From assembly GCA_963711835.1 (NCBI GenBank), contig CAVQFQ010000019.1, positions 16,880-80,879 of the forward strand: a DNA stretch of 64,000 nt, written 5' to 3'. The translations under genes were made by a program, and so were the position numbers. This document shows positions 9,127 to 22,960 of this stretch, piece by piece; position 1 is the first letter of the stretch; each line of letters begins with the position of its first letter. The DNA is from an uncultured delta proteobacterium. GTDB taxonomy: Bacteria > Desulfobacterota > RBG-13-43-22. The notes under the pieces are model-generated. The model searched no databases. It was not told the origin of the DNA and saw only the letters and a program-made list of their open reading frames with translations.

Positions 9127-12100
9127 TTAGATCAATTTTTCTATCCTCACGGCGCAGACTTTCAACTCCGGGATCTTGGCTACCGGATCCAGGGCGGTCT
9201 GGGTCAGGGCATTGGCCGCGGCCTCGGCATAGTGGAAGGGAATGAAGATTGTTCCCCGGGGCGAGCGGTCAGTTATTTTTATCCTGGCTTCTAAAGCCCC
9301 CCGCCTGGACAGGACCCGCACCTGTTCCCAGTCCAAAAGTTTCAAGAAAAAGGCATCTCCGGGGGAGATTTCGATCAGACATTCCGGGGCCATTTTTTCC
9401 AATTCGGGACTCTTCCGGGTCATGGTCCCGGTGTGGTATTGATAGAGCAGACGCCCGGTGGTCAGCGTCAAAGGGAACTCGGCATCCGTCGGTTCCTGGG
9501 GACCTTGGTAGGCAACAGGATGGAACTTTCCTAACCCCCGGCTAAAGCGATCCTTATGGAGGTAAGTAGTCCCCGGATGATCCAGGGTCGGGCAGGGCCA
9601 TTGTAGGCCGATCCGGTTGAGGCGGGCATAGGTCATGCCGGCGTAGGAGGGTGTTACGGTGCGGATCTCTTCAAAAATTTCTTCGGCATTTTTATAAGCC
9701 ATAGGTAGGCCCATCCGGGCGGCCAAGTCGCTGATGATCTCCCAATCCGGGCGGGCCTTTCCAAGAGGAGCGATGGCCTGACGGACCCGCTGGACCCTCC
9801 GTTCGGTGTTGGTAAAGGTCCCATCCTTCTCGGCAAAAGAAACGCCGGGTAAAACGACCTGGGCCAAGCGGGCCGTTTCGGTCAAAAAGATATCCTGAAC
9901 TACCAGAAAATCCAAGGCCTTCAATGCCTGGAGGACATGGTGGGCATCGGGATCCGAGAGGACCGGATTCTCTCCAAAAACATATAATCCCCGAACCTCT
10001 TTTTTTAAGGCCCCATCAAACATTTCCATCAAGGTCAGGCCGGGCTGATCGGGAAGATCCCGGACCCCCCAGGCCCTTTCCATTTTTTCCCTGGCCTCCG
10101 GATCGCTCACCTTTTGATAGCCCGAAAAAACATCAGGCAGGCCGCCCATATCGCAGGCCCCCTGGACGTTGTTCTGCCCCCTCAGGGGATTTACTCCGGC
10201 CGCCGGGAAGCCTACGTTGCCGCAGAGCATGGCCAGATTGGCCAGGGCCTTGACGTTATCGGTCCCGTGGCTGTGCTGGGTAATACCCATGGTGTAGTAA
10301 ATACCGGCCCGGTCTCCGGCGTACAGGCGGGCAGCTTGGTTCAGATCCTTTTCCGGGATGCCGCAAATTTTGGAAACGAAATCCGGGGTGAACTGGGCCA
10401 GGGATTGCTTCCATTCCTCGAACCCTTCAGTCCTGGACCGGACATATTCCTGGTCATAAAGGTCCTCATCCAGGATGATTTTCATAAGTCCGTTGGTCCA
10501 GGCAATATCTGTTCCCGGACGGGGGTGGAGCCAGAGGGTGGCCAGATCAACCAGTTCGATTTTTCTGGGATCCACCACAATCAGCTTGGCCCCGTGTTGC
10601 TGAACGGCTCGCTTGACGGCCGCCCCGATGATGGGATGGTTTTCAGTGGTATTGGAGCCGGTAATCAGGAGGACCTTGGCCTGTTCGATCTCGGCTATGG
10701 AATTGGTCATGGCCCCACTTCCGAAAGCGGCAGCCAGACCGGCTACCGTGGTGGAGTGTCAGAGGCGGGCGCAATGGTCTATGTTGTTGGTTTTAAAAAC
10801 CGCCCGGACCAATTTCTGCATCAGATAGTTTTCTTCATTGGTGGCCCGGGCCGAGGTCAAGGTCGCCAGGGTATTGGGGCCATAGGTTTCCTGCAGCTTT
10901 TGGAAGCGGCCGGCCACCAGATTCAAGGCCTCTTCCCAGGAGGCCTCGCGGAAACCATTCCCCTCCCGGATCAGAGGGGTGGTCAGGCGATCCGGGTGTT
11001 GGATGAAATCGAATCCAAATCGGCCTTTGACACAGAGATGTCCGAAATTAGGGGGCACCCGTTCCACCCCATTGACCCGGACAATTTTCTGGCCGGCTTT
11101 TTCCAGATAGAGCTGGCAACCTACCCCACAATAGGTGCAGGTGGTCTTGGTCCGTTCCAGTTGCCAGGGGCCCGGCAGACCCGGCGTCTTTTCAGTTAAG
11201 GCCCCGGTGGGACAGTTGGCCAGACAAAGTCCGCAAGAGACGCAGCGTTCGTTGATGGTCGCCGAATAGGCCGGAGGCCCGCCTTCGCTTAGGGCCGGCA
11301 CTTCCGGAAGTTCAAAGGCCTTTTGGATTTGGTAATCCGAACAGCCACGGAGGCACCTGCGGCAGGTGATGCACTTGTTCGGGTCGATATGAATGAAGGG
11401 ATGGTACTCCTTAAGAGGGTGCATCCGCTTCGACCAGACCGGCAGCTTATCGATCTCCACTCCGTATTGGACCGAATAAGCCCTTAAACGGCAGTCAAAG
11501 AGATCCTGGCAGCCGCAGGAGAGGCAGCGGGAGGCCTCCTGCATGGCTTCTTCGGCTTTTATGGTGCATTCCACTTCCTCAAAGCTGTTGCGCCTTTTCT
11601 CGATCGGGATATGGGGTTGAAGGACCCGGGGTCTTGGGAGAATTCCTTCAAAATTGACGGGATCTACTTCAGTCCATTTCCCTTTGCTGATATTGAAAGG
11701 TTTTTTCTCCGGATGGATGAATCCCTGGGTCAGAACCTGATGGATGGAAATAGCCGCTCTCCGACCGTCGGCGATGGCCTGGATAACGGTCTGGGGGCCC
11801 CGGAAAAGATCGCCCCCGATAAAAAGATCGGGAATGGAGGTCTGGAGGGTTTGGGGATCGGCTTTAGGGGTTCCCCATTTAGTCAGGGCCAGATTGATCA
11901 ATTCCGGATCCTTTTCGAGAAAGGAAAGATCCGCATATTGGCCGATGGCCACTACGGCGGTATCGGCTTGTATAACGGTTTCCGACCCGGGGATTGGAAA
12001 GGGCCGGGGACGGCCTCCGCTTTCCGATTCACGGAGTTCATTTTGGATATATTCCATCCCGGAAAAACGGCCCTCTTGAGAAAGAATCCGGGTGGGAGAA

Positions 12101-13248
12101 ACAAGAAAGTGCATTTTTAGGCCTTCCTGTTCCGCCGCCGCCACTTCTTCGGGATGGGCGGTCATTTCATTTGGGGACCGGCGATAGAGCAGGGTCACTT
12201 CTTCGGCTCCCAGCCTGAGACAGGTCCTGGCCGCGTCCATGCCGGTATTCCCGTTACCGATGATCAGGACCCTTTTCCCAATTTCAACAGGATCCTTGGC
12301 GGCTATCCGGATAAGCAATTCCAGGGCCGGAATGATGCCGGGCAGGTCTTCACCGGGAAGCCCCAGGCGGGTGGATTTCCAGCACCCGGTGGCCAATAGG
12401 ACGGCTTCAAAGCCCTGGCTGCGGAGGCTGCTGAGAGTAATATCGGAGCCGAAGACCTGATTGACCCGGACCTCGACTCCCAGGTCCAGGATCTGCTGGA
12501 TTTCTTTGTCCAAAATGGCGTTGGGTAAACGGTATTCGGGAATGGCATAGCGGAGCAAGCCCCCCAACTGGGGTTTGGCCTCAAAAATATGGGCGGTATG
12601 CCCTTTGAGACGCAGGTAATGGGCGGCTGAAAGGCCTCCGGGTCCTCCGCCGATCACGGCGACTTTATGTCCGCTGTCTTTGGCTAACGGAGGTTTGAAA
12701 GGAATGTCCTCCAACAGAGCGTAATCGGCCATGAAGCGTTTTAAGGGATTGATGGCCAGGGGCTGATCTACCCGATGGCGGCGGCAGACCTCTTCGCAGG
12801 GATGAGGACAAACCCGGCCGATAACCATGGGAAGAGGATTCCTCTCCTTGATGACCTTTAAGGCCTGGCTGAATTCCCCCCGGCTGATATGGGCCAGATA
12901 ACCCTGGATATCGATCCCGGCCGGGCAGCTCAACTGGCAGGGAGCCAGACAATCTCCGTAATGTTGTTCCAAAAGGAGTTCCAAAATGGCCCGGCGGGAA
13001 GCATGGACCAGAGGGGAGTCGGTCTGGACGACCATCCCTTCCTTTATGGGAGCGGCGCAGGAGGCGATCAGCCGATCCTCCCCTTCAACCTGAACCACGC
13101 AAATGCGGCAGGATTCCTCGGGTTTTAAAAGGGGGTGATGGCAGAAGGTGGGAATAAAAATGCCGGCCTCGGTAGCCGCTTCCAGGATGGTTTTTCCGGA
13201 TGGCGAAGTCACCATTCGTCCATCAATGGACAGGGAAACGTTAGACAT
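9127..13248 (-). CDS. fdhA: Selenocysteine-containing formate dehydrogenase alpha subunit fused to N-terminal 2Fe-2S ferredoxin, GltD-like NAD(P)H/FAD module and 4Fe-4S domains (1373 codons including Sec830)
   Basis: Track ORFs 10759-13248 and 9127-10710 are in the same frame and separated only by TGA at 10759-10761. The junction reads [35 protein letters not shown], the classical FdhA active-site Sec context. Other motifs are VAVIGGGPGGLSAA, IIGNGNTGMDAA and CTYCGVGC. Confidence 0.85.
10729..10747 (-). promoter_or_regulatory. SECIS-like hairpin 11 nt downstream of the UGA
   Basis: RNA reads GGUAGCC-GGUCU-GGCUGCC, a 7-bp stem (one G-U pair) with a GGUCU loop, at the spacing expected for a bacterial SECIS. 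Confidence 0.7.
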
Positions 13249-13318
13249 GGGCGCTCCTCTTCCTCAATAGGGTTTTCGCGATCAGTAGGTATTACTTTGT
13301 GGCATGTAAATTGGATTT

Positions 13319-13347
13319 TTTATAATATGAAAAAGCAATTGAGTCAA
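13319..13347 (-). promoter_or_regulatory. Candidate sigma70 promoter for fdhA, TTGACT-N17-TATAAA on the minus strand
   Basis: Reverse complement read directly; about 65 nt upstream of the fdhA ATG. Confidence 0.5.
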
Positions 13348-13412
13348 TGGCTTTTCGTGCTCAAAAGCTTTTTGGGCCGAGGCAGGAATTGGAAGGGGTC
13401 CGGAATTAAAAA

Positions 13413-13442
13413 GGCCGGATGTCTTTTCGGAAACACCCGGCC
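13413..13442 (-). terminator. Rho-independent terminator after the GcvH-like gene (A/T runs on both sides, possibly bidirectional)
   Basis: GGCCGG...CCGGCC stem flanked by A and T runs, about 25 nt downstream of the stop at 13469-13471. Confidence 0.6.
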
Positions 13443-13468
13443 TTTTTTAAAAAAAATAACGGCTAAGC

Positions 13469-14377
13469 TTAGCTGAGAAGGAACTGCCGGACAAAACGGG
13501 CCCACTTTTTACCCCGTAAATGGCCGGTAAAATCCTGGCCCGGCATACCCCCGTCCAGAGCGGTAGACCCTATTTCAGTTTGGATTTGGGAAACTAAGCG
13601 GTCTTTTTCATCCACAATCCATTGCTGGGCTTCCTGGCCGAACAGCAGGCTTTTAAGGTCGTTTTTAAGGGTCAGGGGCTCGACGATAAACAACCAGCCT
13701 TCCTCATAAGGTTCTTTATTCACCAGGTCCGGGTGTTTGGCAACCTGAGAATTGATATGGGTAATGGTGCCTTCGATAGGGGCCAGGACCGGTACATCCT
13801 GTTTTTTTCGTTTGATCCCCAGGCTGGGGGAACCTTGTCCCACTTTCTGCCCCACCTTCGGCAGAAGGACTTCCTCAACCTGGCCTACTAATCTCTGGGC
13901 AAAATCATCAATCCCTACCCGAACCCGGCCGCCGAATTCGGTCAAGGCCCAACTGTGGCCGCGATGATAAAAATAATTTTCCGGCTGCTCGAACCCGCCC
14001 ACCAGAGGGATTTCCTTTAATCTGGGGGAGAGGGTAGGGGGCACCTGATCCTGCATCATCTGATCAAAGGAGCATTCCCCGCAGAGAAAGGCATTGGGGC
14101 AAATTTTATAACTAATGGCTCCATTCAGCATATAACGGCATTTGCGTTGCGCGGCCGGCAGGGCCAGAAATTTTTTCATCCATTCCTGGGTCGGCGGTTT
14201 ATTTTGTTTTACCTGGACCTTACCTGAGGCTTCATCCAGGGCCTTCTTGGCCATCCCCTTATCAAAATTGCAGGTCATGCAATTGTAATTGTTGTTGCAG
14301 AGCTTATAGGAAACCACACCGGCATCCATCCAGATGCATTTATTTTCAGAAGCCATAAAATTCAGTTTTTCTCCCAT
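13469..14377 (-). CDS. GcvH-like (lipoyl/biotinyl-type barrel) domain protein with duplicated N-terminal Cys-rich motif
   Basis: 302 aa. C-terminal half FYHRGHSWA...VGIDDFAQRLVG...LAPIEGTITHIN...EPYEEGWLF resembles glycine cleavage H protein. The N-terminus has two CX12CX5CX2C repeats. Confidence 0.6.
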   Translation of the reverse strand: MGEKLNFMASENKCIWMDAGVVSYKLCNNNYNCMTCNFDKGMAKKALDEASGKVQVKQNKPPTQEWMKKFLALPAAQRKCRYMLNGAISYKICPNAFLCGECSFDQMMQDQVPPTLSPRLKEIPLVGGFEQPENYFYHRGHSWALTEFGGRVRVGIDDFAQRLVGQVEEVLLPKVGQKVGQGSPSLGIKRKKQDVPVLAPIEGTITHINSQVAKHPDLVNKEPYEEGWLFIVEPLTLKNDLKSLLFGQEAQQWIVDEKDRLVSQIQTEIGSTALDGGMPGQDFTGHLRGKKWARFVRQFLLS

Positions 14378-14734
14378 GGTGTCCTCCGGTAAAGGCGTTG
14401 TTTTTATGTTAATATAAGCAAGTTGAATGCCAGAAAAAGATAATATTTTAATTACATGAATTTATTATAAAAAATAGAGGCAAAGCCATTCCTGTTTTTT
14501 TGGGGGATGGACGGCTGTTGATAATATTTACACAGGCAGTAGGGTAATTTAAGATAACTGATTGATAATATGTAATTTATTAATATGATGAGATATTAAA
14601 CAATATGTTTAAAAATTATACAGCCATTTGACTCAAAAAACTCTCTTGACCTCTAAAGAAATCCATATATAAATAAAACCATCATGCCTTTAATGTCCGT
14701 ATGGTGGGATGGATTAGGGAACTAGGGGGTGCTT

Positions 14735-15436
14735 ATGAAATTCAGAGAGGCGTTGGTTTTGTCATTGGGAATGGTTGTGGCCGCTATGATCTTCGGTTTC
14801 TTTTTTTATGAAAGCCGGGACAGCGGTAAAACCGTTAAAATTGTGGGAACGGGGACCAGGGGTTTTAATTCCGACATCATAAAGTGGCGCCTGGCCATAG
14901 GCCGCTATGCCTCGCCTACGGAAGTCACCAGCGGTTATGTCAAGGTAGCCAAAGATGTCCAAGCCCTGTCTGAAGACCTGATAAAGAAGGGGCTGGCTAA
15001 AGAGGAAATGATCATCCAGTCCGTCCTTACCCAACCGAGCTACGGCAACAGCGGTAATGTTACCGGCTATACCATTCAGCAGGGCATAACCCTTACCTCC
15101 CGGGATATGTCCGCCGTTGAGAAGCTGGCTTTTAATCCGGGAGAAATAGTGCGGGAAAGCATGATCCTTCTGAATTCCAACGTGGAATATTATTTTTCAG
15201 ACCTGGGCGGGATCAAGAAGGAATTGATTGCTGCTGCCGTTAAAGATGCCAGGGCCAGGGCCGAGGTGATTGCGAAGAATTCCGGAACCCGGATAAAAGG
15301 GATCCAGTCGGCCCGGGTTGGGGTTTTCCAAATTACCGAGCCCTATTCGGCTGAAGTCACCGATACCGGCATCTATAATGTGAACACCAAAAGGAAAGAT
15401 GTTACGGTGACGGTTCATGCCGTCTTTAATTTATAA
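14735..15436 (+). CDS. SIMPL (DUF541) domain protein with N-terminal membrane anchor
   Basis: ATG at 14735 inside track ORF 14729-15436. Has an N-terminal TM helix, and AAVKDARARAEVIAKNSG...GVFQITE resembles SIMPL/DUF541. Confidence 0.65.
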   Translation: MKFREALVLSLGMVVAAMIFGFFFYESRDSGKTVKIVGTGTRGFNSDIIKWRLAIGRYASPTEVTSGYVKVAKDVQALSEDLIKKGLAKEEMIIQSVLTQPSYGNSGNVTGYTIQQGITLTSRDMSAVEKLAFNPGEIVRESMILLNSNVEYYFSDLGGIKKELIAAAVKDARARAEVIAKNSGTRIKGIQSARVGVFQITEPYSAEVTDTGIYNVNTKRKDVTVTVHAVFNL

Positions 15437-15437
15437 A

Positions 15438-16181
15438 TCAGGTCCTCGGTTCGTTGCCCTTCGCCCGGCTTATTAAGGCTTGCTGAATCTGTTCCTGCAT
15501 GGTCCTGATCAAGGCGGCCGGGTCTCCGGCCTGGCGGATGGGACGGCCCACAACGACATGATCGGCACCGTCAAAAAAGGCCGAGTGGATATCCACTACC
15601 CTCTTTTGATCATCGACCGGACGATTTTTAACCGGCCGCACCCCGGGAATAACCACGAAAAAACGGGATCCGAGTTCCCGTCTGAGCTTGAGGGCCTCCA
15701 GGCCGGATGAAACCACCCCGTCGCAGCCCAGCTCCAGCGCCCGCCGGGCCCGGGAGAGAACCAGCTCTTCGGGATTGCACTGGAACCCCAAAGAGTCCAG
15801 GTCGCCCTGGTCCAGGCTGGTCAGAACAGTCACCGCCAGTATTTTTACCTCCTTTTTGACCTGGGCTGCGGCTTTCAGGATGGCATCGTTGCCGTGGACG
15901 GTGGTGTAGGTGATCCCCCGGCCGGTGACTTGTTTGACCGCCGAAGAAACGGTCTGAGGGACATCAAAAAATTTCAAATCCAGCATGACCTCCAGGTCCC
16001 GGCGGATGATCCAATCAATAAGGTCCCAGCCCGCTCCCAAAAAAAGCTGCAAGCCCACTTTGAAAAATTTTATTCCTCCCTCCAACTTTTCCACCCACTC
16101 CCGGGCCTCGGAGGCGGTGGCCACATCTAGGGCGAAGATGATGCGCTTGTCTAATGGTATTTTTTTTTCGGCGGTTTCCAT
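15438..16181 (-). CDS. pyrF: Orotidine 5'-phosphate decarboxylase
   Basis: 247 aa. IIFALDV, FFKVGLQLF and MLDLKFFDVPQTV are PyrF signatures. Confidence 0.9.
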   Translation of the reverse strand: METAEKKIPLDKRIIFALDVATASEAREWVEKLEGGIKFFKVGLQLFLGAGWDLIDWIIRRDLEVMLDLKFFDVPQTVSSAVKQVTGRGITYTTVHGNDAILKAAAQVKKEVKILAVTVLTSLDQGDLDSLGFQCNPEELVLSRARRALELGCDGVVSSGLEALKLRRELGSRFFVVIPGVRPVKNRPVDDQKRVVDIHSAFFDGADHVVVGRPIRQAGDPAALIRTMQEQIQQALISRAKGNEPRT

Positions 16182-16379
16182 GCGTTTTCCTTTTAGTATT
16201 TTCCGATATCAGGTGGTAGAGGCCGGGGTAGAAGTCTATCAAATGAAACCGGGAAAGTCGAATTTAAAAGGACCGGGGATATTTTCGACCTTTAGCAAGA
16301 TCAGTATCTCTGCTATACTCAAACAATGGCCTACCGCCCCGATTTCAGGCCTGAAAAAGGAGAAGCAAGGGCGATCGTT

Positions 16380-19492
<3,113 letters not shown>

Positions 19493-19511
19493 GATAAGTT
19501 AAGCCAATTTT

Positions 19512-19808
19512 ATGGAGAGGGTGTCTGTGGATAAGATCTCGGCCAGGGTAATTATTCAGGGCTGGGTACAGGGTGTTTACTTCCGGGCCTTTACCCGGGA
19601 TCAGGCCATCGCGCTGGGTCTTTCCGGGTGGGTCAGGAACCGGAGGGACGGCACGGTGGAGGCTTATTTTGAAGGGGAAGTCGGACAGGTAAAGAAATTG
19701 GTGGCTTGGTGTCACCAGGGGTCGCCCCGGGCCAGGGTGGAAAAGGTGGAGGTGACCTTTGGGAATTACCAGGGCGGGTTTGATGGTTTTGAGGTTCGAA
19801 CCGGTTGA
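19512..19808 (+). CDS. acyP: Acylphosphatase
   Basis: 98 aa. GWVQGVYFRAFTRDQA...GWVRNRRDGTVE is the acylphosphatase signature. Confidence 0.85.
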   Translation: MERVSVDKISARVIIQGWVQGVYFRAFTRDQAIALGLSGWVRNRRDGTVEAYFEGEVGQVKKLVAWCHQGSPRARVEKVEVTFGNYQGGFDGFEVRTG

Positions 19809-19892
19809 ATTCCAGCCCTCTTCCTCCTCCTTTGCCTTTAGCCTAATTGGGTGACCCTGAAATTTACTTCCATCCCAATTTCAAATATTTAC

Positions 19893-19921
19893 TTGACTTG
19901 AATTTTCATTTTTAGTATATA
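19893..19921 (+). promoter_or_regulatory. Candidate sigma70 promoter TTGACT-N17-TATATA upstream of thrS
   Basis: Read directly, about 55 nt upstream of the thrS GTG. Confidence 0.5.
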
Positions 19922-19975
19922 AAAGGTTTAAACCCCATTATTAACTTAATAATTTACTTGGTAGACAGATTTTAA

Positions 19976-21898
19976 GTGGAAGAAATTCATATACAATTTC
20001 CCGATAAGGCCTCTTTGACCTTCCCAAAGGGGATACCGGCTATTGAAGCCTTAAAGGTTTGGAGCCGAAAGCCCCTGAACGGCATGGTGGCCGCCCGTTT
20101 TGAGGGAAAGTTGATTGATTTGCCGGCAGAATTGATGCGAGACGGGGAATTAAGGCCCCTTTTTGACCAAGAGCCCGAGGCACTGGAAATTTTACGCCAT
20201 TCCTCGGCTCATTTGATGGCCCAGGCGGTTAAGGAATTATTTCCGGAGGTTCAAATAGCCATCGGTCCGGCTATTGAACAGGGATTTTATTATGATTTTG
20301 CCAAGAAGGAACCCTTTACGCCGGAGGACCTCCCCCGCATTGAAGAACGCATGGCCTCCCTGAGCCGGCAAAAGATACCGATGGTCCGGGAGGAGCTTCC
20401 CCATCAAAAAGCGATTGACCTTTTTGCCTCTCAAGGGGAGTCCTTTAAGGTCGCCTTATTACAGGATTTGAAGGACCCGACGGTTTCTCTGTACCGCCAG
20501 GGAAATTTTACCGACTTATGCCGGGGGCCGCACCTGGCCTCTACAGAGCCTATTCGTTTTTTTAAGCTGACCCAGGTGGCCGGGGCTTACTGGCGGGGTG
20601 ATGAACGCAATCCCATGCTGCAACGGATTTACGGAACGGCTTTCTTTGAAAAGAAGGCCCTGGAAGATCATCTGCATCGTCTGGAAGAAGCTAGGCGCCG
20701 GGATCACCGCCGCCTGGGCAAGGACCTGGATCTTTTCAGTATTCATGATGAAGTGGGCCCCGGGCTGGTTATCTATCACCCCAAGGGGGCCTTGCTCCGA
20801 ACCATCCTAGAGGATTTCGAGAAAAAGGAGCATTTGAAACGCGGCTATGAAATCGTCATAGGCCCTCAGCTTTTGCGGGCCGACCTTTGGAAAAAATCAG
20901 GCCACTACGAAAATTACCGCGAGCTCATGTACTTCACCGAGATCGACGGGCAAAGCTATGGAATCAAGCCCATGAATTGCCTGGCCCATATGATCATTTA
21001 TAAATCGAAGATCCGCAGTTACCGGGACCTTCCCAAACGCTATTTCGAACTGGGAACAGTTCACCGACATGAAAAATCCGGGGTGCTCCATGGCCTGATG
21101 CGGGTTCGCCAGTTTACCCAGGATGATGCCCATATTATCTGCACCCCCGATCAGCTTCAGGATGAAATCCGGGGGGTCCTGGATTTTGTGGCCTATGTCA
21201 TGAAGATTTTTGATTTCGCCTTTGAAGTGGAGATCAGCACCCGTCCGGCAAAATCGATCGGAAGCGATGAGGACTGGGAAAGGGCCACTCAGGCCTTGAG
21301 CCAGGCTTTGGAGGCCAACGGCTTGTCTTTTTCCATCTCTGAAGGCGAGGGGGCCTTTTACGGACCCAAAATCGATATCAAGCTAAAGGATGCCCTGGAT
21401 CGGCGCTGGCAGTGCGCCACTATCCAATGCGACTTTACCCTGCCGGAACGTTTTGATTTGCATTACATCGGACCGGATGGAGAGCGCCACCGGCCGGTCA
21501 TGATCCATCGGGTCATTTTGGGGGCCTTGGAGCGGTTCTTGGGCGTTCTGATTGAACATTATGCCGGGGCTTTCCCTACCTGGCTGGCGCCGGTGCAGGC
21601 CATCGTCCTTTCCGTAACGGATCGGACACTGACCTACTGCCGGGGAGTCCACCAGGCCCTGATTCAGGCCGGGATCCGGGCCGATCTGGATATTCGAAAT
21701 GAGAAGTTGGGGCTGAAGGTGCGGGAGGCCCAATTACAGAAAATTCCCTATATGATCGTCATCGGGGACAAGGAAGAAGAACAGCAACGGATCAGTCCAA
21801 GAACGCGAACCGGGGAAAATCTGGGTTTATGGACCCTTCCTCAATTTATAGATCGGGTCCGGGAGGAATCCCTTCCGGGGAAACCTGCTGAACCGTAA
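19976..21898 (+). CDS. thrS: Threonine-tRNA ligase
   Basis: 640 aa with a TGS domain, the [11 protein letters not shown] editing motif, class II core and anticodon-binding domain. GTG start per the ORF track. Confidence 0.95.
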   Translation: MEEIHIQFPDKASLTFPKGIPAIEALKVWSRKPLNGMVAARFEGKLIDLPAELMRDGELRPLFDQEPEALEILRHSSAHLMAQAVKELFPEVQIAIGPAIEQGFYYDFAKKEPFTPEDLPRIEERMASLSRQKIPMVREELPHQKAIDLFASQGESFKVALLQDLKDPTVSLYRQGNFTDLCRGPHLASTEPIRFFKLTQVAGAYWRGDERNPMLQRIYGTAFFEKKALEDHLHRLEEARRRDHRRLGKDLDLFSIHDEVGPGLVIYHPKGALLRTILEDFEKKEHLKRGYEIVIGPQLLRADLWKKSGHYENYRELMYFTEIDGQSYGIKPMNCLAHMIIYKSKIRSYRDLPKRYFELGTVHRHEKSGVLHGLMRVRQFTQDDAHIICTPDQLQDEIRGVLDFVAYVMKIFDFAFEVEISTRPAKSIGSDEDWERATQALSQALEANGLSFSISEGEGAFYGPKIDIKLKDALDRRWQCATIQCDFTLPERFDLHYIGPDGERHRPVMIHRVILGALERFLGVLIEHYAGAFPTWLAPVQAIVLSVTDRTLTYCRGVHQALIQAGIRADLDIRNEKLGLKVREAQLQKIPYMIVIGDKEEEQQRISPRTRTGENLGLWTLPQFIDRVREESLPGKPAEP

Positions 21899-21953
21899 GG
21901 CCTTATTTTAATTTCCTTTGAGGGAACAATTCCATATTTAGGAGGTGGTGGGC

Positions 21954-22460
21954 ATAGCTAAATCGGTTAATGTGAATGAGGAGATCAGAGCCTCATCGGT
22001 CAGGGTCATTGCAGAAGACAGCCAGCAACTGGGGATCTTCACCGTGTCGCAGGCCCTGAACTTGGCCAGGGAAAAGGGACTGGATCTGGTTGAGGTGGCT
22101 CCACAACTGGATCCGCCGGTCTGTCGTATCATGGATTATGGAAAGTTCAGGTATCAGCAAACCAAAAAAGTCCATGAAGGCAAAAAACGACGGACCATCA
22201 TTCAGATCAAAGAAGTCAAGCTCCGACCTAAGACAGAGGAGCATGACTTTCAATTCAAACTGCGAAACATAAGAAAATTTTTAGAGAAAAAAAACAAGAC
22301 CAAAGTATCGCTGATGTTCCGGGGACGGGAGATCCAATATCACGAGACCGCCAGGGGCATTTTAAACCGCATTGCTGAAGAAACCAAAGATTTGGCCCTG
22401 GTGGAGCAGGCACCCAAGTTGGAGGGCCGGAATATGACCATGGTCTTGGGCCCCAAATAA
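21954..22460 (+). CDS. infC: Translation initiation factor IF-3, probably initiating at a non-canonical ATA codon
   Basis: NEEIRASSVRVIAEDSQQLGIF...GLDLVEVAP...PPVCRIMDYGKFRY is IF-3. AGGAGG at 21940-21945 overlaps the GTG codons at 21945/21948 and sits 8 nt before ATA 21954. The frame is closed by TAG at 21939-21941. Confidence 0.85.
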   Translation: MAKSVNVNEEIRASSVRVIAEDSQQLGIFTVSQALNLAREKGLDLVEVAPQLDPPVCRIMDYGKFRYQQTKKVHEGKKRRTIIQIKEVKLRPKTEEHDFQFKLRNIRKFLEKKNKTKVSLMFRGREIQYHETARGILNRIAEETKDLALVEQAPKLEGRNMTMVLGPK

Positions 22461-22618
22461 ACCGCCAACCCAGAGTGTAAGGTGCGACATTTCAAATCCG
22501 GAGGGACAACGGTTTTGTCCCTGATCTGCTTTGGATCGGGAGATTCGAATTTTGGACGGCCATTATCCGATTTTCCGATTTCCGAATGGAGGAAGACGTA
22601 TTCAAGGAGAGTGCTGTT

Positions 22619-22816
22619 ATGCCCAAAATGAAAACCAAGCGAGGGGCTGCCAAGCGGTTCAAGACCACAGGCAATGGAAAGATTATTCGATCCAAGGCCT
22701 TTGGCAGCCATATCCTGACCAGTAAAACGACCAAGAGAAAACGCAGCCTGAGAAAGTCCGCCGTGGTGGACCCGGCCAATGCCCGGGGCCTCAGGCGGAT
22801 GATGCCCTACGGTTAA
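22619..22816 (+). CDS. rpmI: 50S ribosomal protein L35
   Basis: [22 protein letters not shown]... with AAGGAGA 9 nt upstream. Confidence 0.95.
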   Translation: MPKMKTKRGAAKRFKTTGNGKIIRSKAFGSHILTSKTTKRKRSLRKSAVVDPANARGLRRMMPYG

Positions 22817-22931
22817 GAATGCAATTAGGTCTCATCCGGAAAAGGTGTTTCCAGGGGAGAGCTATCAGCGATCAGCAATAAATTTTAAAAAATGGGTTAA
22901 GCTGACTGCTATTTGCTGACGGCTGAACGCT

Positions 22932-22960
22932 CCATCCGGAAATCAGAGATTTCCGGATGG
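22932..22960 (+). promoter_or_regulatory. Perfect 13-bp hairpin CCATCCGGAAATC-AGA-GATTTCCGGATGG just upstream of the rplT RBS
   Basis: Read directly. It lies in an unusually long 171-nt rpmI-rplT spacer; the word CATCCGGAAA also occurs at 22833. Confidence 0.5.

Noticed and set aside
8974-9294. 106-aa plus-strand ORF
   Set aside because: It overlaps the 3' end of fdhA on the opposite strand and has no start context or motifs.
10114-11199. 361-aa plus-strand ORF (Gly/Pro/Gln-rich) in the ORF track
   Set aside because: It is entirely embedded antisense to the strongly supported formate dehydrogenase CDS. It has a low-complexity composition and no recognisable motifs.
9127-13248. Reading the FDH locus as two genes, or as a nonsense-disrupted pseudogene
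   Set aside because: The single TGA sits in the canonical HCARL-U-HS active-site context. It is in frame and followed by a SECIS-like hairpin at the expected spacing. Selenocysteine read-through is the better explanation.
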